In this document: positions 60,874 through 64,000 of the stretch, one piece after another
How the letters are laid out: the number at the start of each line of letters is the position of its first letter
How positions within the stretch are numbered: the first letter of the stretch is position 1
Assembly: GCA_963541275.1 (NCBI GenBank)
Contig: CAUTSC010000001.1
Span: 73,879-137,878 of the forward strand
Direction of reading: 5' to 3'
Length of the DNA stretch: 64,000 nt
DNA from: an uncultured Pseudomonadota bacterium
GTDB taxonomy: Bacteria > Pseudomonadota > Alphaproteobacteria > Rs-D84 > CACZYB01
Made by a program: the position numbers and the translations under genes
Notes under the pieces: model-generated
Seen by the model: the letters and a program-made list of their open reading frames with translations, nothing else
The model's database searches: none
What the model was told of the DNA's origin: nothing

Positions 60874-62871
60874 TTACTCACTTACTTTCTTTTCAGTTTC
60901 ATCTTTTGATTCCGCTTTATCATCATGCTTCCCTTTATAGGCTTCTGTTTTTTCTTCTTTTTTTGCTTTCTCTGTAATAGGGAAAGATGATTGACGAACA
61001 AACGATTCTCTTACTTCAACATCTGCATCTTTTTTAATACTAATATCTTCACCTTTTACTATTGCTCTTATTTCATCCCCTGTTAAGGTTTCATATTTAA
61101 TAAGAGCTTGCGCAATTTTAGAAACGATTTCCTTATTTTTAATAATTAAGTCATAGGCAGTTTTATACGCTTCATCCACCATCTTTTTTACTTCTAAATC
61201 TATTTCACGCTGGGTTTCTTCGGCAACTTTATAATAGTCATTTTGTTTATAACAAACTTGACCAATTTTTTTACTAAATCCCCATTCTGTAATTGCTCGT
61301 CTTGCATAATTGGTTGCTTGTTCAAAATCGGAACTTGCTCCTGTTGTGATATTTTCTTCTCCAAAAAATACACTTTCACAAATACGTCCAGCCATAGCAA
61401 CAGCCATATCAGATTTTATTTCGGTAATACTTACACTTACTTTATCTCTTTCTGGTAAATTTTGCACAAGACCCAAAGATCTGCCCCTTGGAACAATTGT
61501 TGCTTTGTGTATTGGGTCAACTTGTGGCAATACTACTGAACAAAACGCATGACCTGCCTCGTGATGAGCTGTATTGCTTATTTCTTCTTCTGTCATAGTT
61601 TTTGATTTTTTTTCTGCTCCCATTAAAATTTTATCACGAGCATATTCAAAATCACCTTTTGTTATGGATTTTCTGTTAAACCTTGCAGCAATAAGAGCAG
61701 ATTCGTTTACAAGGTTTGCAAGGTCCGCACCACTAAATCCTGGAGTTCCTCTGGCTATAAACAATGGATCAACCTCGGACAAAATTTTTACTTCATCCAT
61801 ATATTTTTTTAAAATTGCTTCACGCCCTTTTAAATCAGGAAGGTCTATATGAATTTGTCTGTCAAATCGTCCAGCACGTAAAAGGGCGCTGTCTAATACA
61901 TCAACTCTATTTGTTGCAGCAATAACAATAACACCTTTGTTTGATTCAAAACCATCCATTTCAACAAGAAGTTGATTTAATGTTTGTTCTCTTTCATCAT
62001 TTCCACCACCATAGCCAGATCCTCTGTGTCGTCCAACTGCATCTATTTCATCAATGAATACAAGACAAGGTGCATTTTTGTTTGCTTCTTCAAACAAAGA
62101 TCTTACACGACTTGCTCCAACTCCCACAAACATTTCAACAAATTCAGATCCAGATGTTGATAAAAACGGAACTCCCGCCTCCCCAGCAATTGCCTTTGCA
62201 AGTAAAGTTTTTCCAGTCCCAGGAGGACCAACCAACAAAACACCCTTTGGAATTTTTGCTCCTAGTCTTGAATACTTTTCTGGATCGCTTAAAAAATCTA
62301 TAATTTCACTTACATCTTGTTTTGCCTCGTCTATTCCCAATACATCTTTAAATCTTGTTGTTTGTTTATGTGGAGCAAATTCTTTTGCATTGCTTTTACC
62401 AATTCCAAATCTTTCAACGCCACCTTTCATATTTTTAAACATCATTATAAGAACAGTTATCCACAAAATTGTTCCAAAAATATCAAGCACACGAAAAAAA
62501 CTTATACTAGAAGTACCTTTCCCCATTGGTGGATTATGCAGTTTCATCACAACATTTCTTTTTTCCATTTCTTCTATTAAATTTTTGTGAAGTAAAACAT
62601 TTGCACTAAAATCTTTTGCTTCTGCTTTTTTACCTGCTGGTGCTTTTGTAAGTTTTAATTTTCCTTTAACAAGCCCACTTTCTGTAATTTCAACTTCAGC
62701 AATTTTATTTTCTTTTAAATTTTTTAAAAATTCACTATGGGTCATTTGTTCTTTTTTTAAACTTTTAGTTTTATTTTTATTTCCATTCAAACCATTTATT
62801 GTAAAATAAACTGCAGCTACCAATAAAAAAGTTAATATAAGCGGAAATAAATCTTTGAATATTTTTTTCAT
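60874..62871 (-). CDS. ftsH: ATP-dependent zinc metalloprotease FtsH.
   Basis: Walker [14 protein letters not shown]; SRH; zinc site HEAGHA; two N-terminal transmembrane segments. Confidence 0.95.
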   Translation of the reverse strand: MKKIFKDLFPLILTFLLVAAVYFTINGLNGNKNKTKSLKKEQMTHSEFLKNLKENKIAEVEITESGLVKGKLKLTKAPAGKKAEAKDFSANVLLHKNLIEEMEKRNVVMKLHNPPMGKGTSSISFFRVLDIFGTILWITVLIMMFKNMKGGVERFGIGKSNAKEFAPHKQTTRFKDVLGIDEAKQDVSEIIDFLSDPEKYSRLGAKIPKGVLLVGPPGTGKTLLAKAIAGEAGVPFLSTSGSEFVEMFVGVGASRVRSLFEEANKNAPCLVFIDEIDAVGRHRGSGYGGGNDEREQTLNQLLVEMDGFESNKGVIVIAATNRVDVLDSALLRAGRFDRQIHIDLPDLKGREAILKKYMDEVKILSEVDPLFIARGTPGFSGADLANLVNESALIAARFNRKSITKGDFEYARDKILMGAEKKSKTMTEEEISNTAHHEAGHAFCSVVLPQVDPIHKATIVPRGRSLGLVQNLPERDKVSVSITEIKSDMAVAMAGRICESVFFGEENITTGASSDFEQATNYARRAITEWGFSKKIGQVCYKQNDYYKVAEETQREIDLEVKKMVDEAYKTAYDLIIKNKEIVSKIAQALIKYETLTGDEIRAIVKGEDISIKKDADVEVRESFVRQSSFPITEKAKKEEKTEAYKGKHDDKAESKDETEKKVSE

Positions 62872-62970
62872 AATATACCTTTTTTGTTTAAAATTTATTT
62901 AGTATATTATTTAAGCATTCTTTATGTTAGAATCAAGACCTAATACAAAAATAATTTAAGATAGTTTGAT

Positions 62971-63918
62971 ATGAATAAAATTAACGGATTTATAAATATA
63001 TATAAGGAAGAAGATATAAGTTCTTTTGCTGTGATAGCAAGATTAAAAAAAATTATATTTCCTTATTTTGATAAATGTAAAATGGGACACACTGGAACAC
63101 TTGACCCCCTTGCTTGTGGTGTATTGCCAGTTGCAATTGGCGAGGCAACAAAAATAATTTCTTTTATGGATAAAGATATAAAAACCTATAATTTTATAGT
63201 AAAGTTTGGAGCTGAAACAGAAACAGATGACAGAGAAGGAAAAATTATAAATACCACCAATCATATTCCAACATTGGATGCAATAAAAAATATTTTGCCA
63301 AAATTTAAAGGGCCTGTTAGGCAAATTCCACCAAAATATTCTGCAATAAAAATAAATGGAGTTAGAGCATATAAACTTGCAAGAAATAATACAGATTTTG
63401 AAATTAAACCTCGTGAAAATTTTATTCATAATATAGAAATTTTAAAAGTTGAAAGTGATAACGAAATAACTTTTAGCGCAATAGTAAATCGTGGTTTTTA
63501 TATAAGAAGTCTTGGACGAGATATTGCACGGCAACTTGGAAGTTTAGGTCATATAACTTTTTTAGAAAGGATCACAACAGGCAATTTTACAAAACAAAAT
63601 TCAATAACCCTTGACAAATTAGAAAATATTTGTAAAAATACCGAAAGTTTAGATGCACGAAGTTTAAAAAGCTTCAATATTTTGCAAGATATATCTTATG
63701 GACTGAACGGCATCTCGGTTATAAGAATAAATGAATTGCAAAATAAAGATATAAAGTTTGGACGAGTTGTAAGTATAGATGAAAATTTATCAAAACAACT
63801 TAAGGTTTTAAAACCATCAAATGGAACTTTATATCAAGCGGAGTTTAATTCACAAATTTCAAGCATTGTTAAATATGAAAATGGAATTTTACAACCAGTA
63901 AGGGTTTTTAATATGTAA
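62971..63918 (+). CDS. truB: tRNA pseudouridine55 synthase TruB.
   Basis: GHTGTLDPLACGVLPVAIGEATK catalytic-Asp motif. Confidence 0.9.
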   Translation: MNKINGFINIYKEEDISSFAVIARLKKIIFPYFDKCKMGHTGTLDPLACGVLPVAIGEATKIISFMDKDIKTYNFIVKFGAETETDDREGKIINTTNHIPTLDAIKNILPKFKGPVRQIPPKYSAIKINGVRAYKLARNNTDFEIKPRENFIHNIEILKVESDNEITFSAIVNRGFYIRSLGRDIARQLGSLGHITFLERITTGNFTKQNSITLDKLENICKNTESLDARSLKSFNILQDISYGLNGISVIRINELQNKDIKFGRVVSIDENLSKQLKVLKPSNGTLYQAEFNSQISSIVKYENGILQPVRVFNM

Positions 63919-63955
63919 GATTTTATTTTTTAATTTTAAAAAGAAAGGAATAAAA

Positions 63956-64000
63956 ATGTCATTTACAAAAGAACAAAAAACAAAAATAATAAATGAATTT
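63956..64000 (+). CDS. rpsO: 30S ribosomal protein S15, first 15 codons only; the gene continues beyond the window end.
   Basis: AAAGGAATAAAA RBS plus ATG; MSFTKEQKTKIINEF; classical truB-rpsO synteny. Confidence 0.7.
   Translation, partial: MSFTKEQKTKIINEF

Overview
Window from a very AT-rich, reduced alphaproteobacterial genome (Rickettsiales-like: type IV secretion virB3/virB4, eukaryote-type ileS, thyX, secB next to a Tim44-like gene, two-codon tRNA-Gln set). No rRNA, CRISPR array, transposase or phage gene was seen.

Most of the window is housekeeping: ligA, rsmG, rsmE, ftsQ-ftsA, rpsP-rimM-trmD, uvrD/rep-family helicase, frr-uppS-cdsA, smpB, rsmI, thyX, rpoH, greA, fpr, xer recombinase, MATE pump, rnj, radC, aspS, trxB, prmC, rplY, epmA, HU, obg, lptA-lptB, lpxC, ruvC, dnaJ, trmB, ftsH, truB, rpsO. 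There are four tRNAs: Gln-CUG, Gln-UUG, Arg-CCG and Asn-GUU.

The notable content is a repeat-rich accessory layer with three paralogous cassettes at about 5.3-7.9 kb, 20.5-22.3 kb and 32.2-36.3 kb, all on the minus strand. Each cassette has:
- a conserved ~150-nt structured 5' leader with a conserved promoter-like CTTGTATAA box;
- a gene for a signal-peptide-bearing ~150-aa cysteine-rich protein with six 'CPxG' repeats;
- a second secreted-protein gene whose first ~37 codons are nearly identical at nucleotide level across copies but whose C-terminal domain is swapped (two homologous variants and one glycine-rich variant split by an ATGA junction).
Two of the three cassettes are flanked by members of a small cytoplasmic protein family (starting 'MFKYDDV', three genes, one apparently orphan). 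Seven copies of a hairpin repeat with compensatory stem variants, and a conserved opposite-strand promoter/small-ORF element, accompany them. This looks like a previously uncharacterised polymorphic secreted-protein (toxin/effector-like) system with candidate immunity genes; that reading is inference from architecture only.

Other points of interest: a DnaA-box cluster next to rsmG (candidate oriC); a tandem duplication of [tRNA-Gln + gene] with anticodon divergence and one pseudogenised copy; a GC-rich palindromic element inside the T4SS-associated gene string; a poly-C(10) tract in the MATE promoter region; tandem paralogous membrane proteins with duplicated extended -10 promoters.
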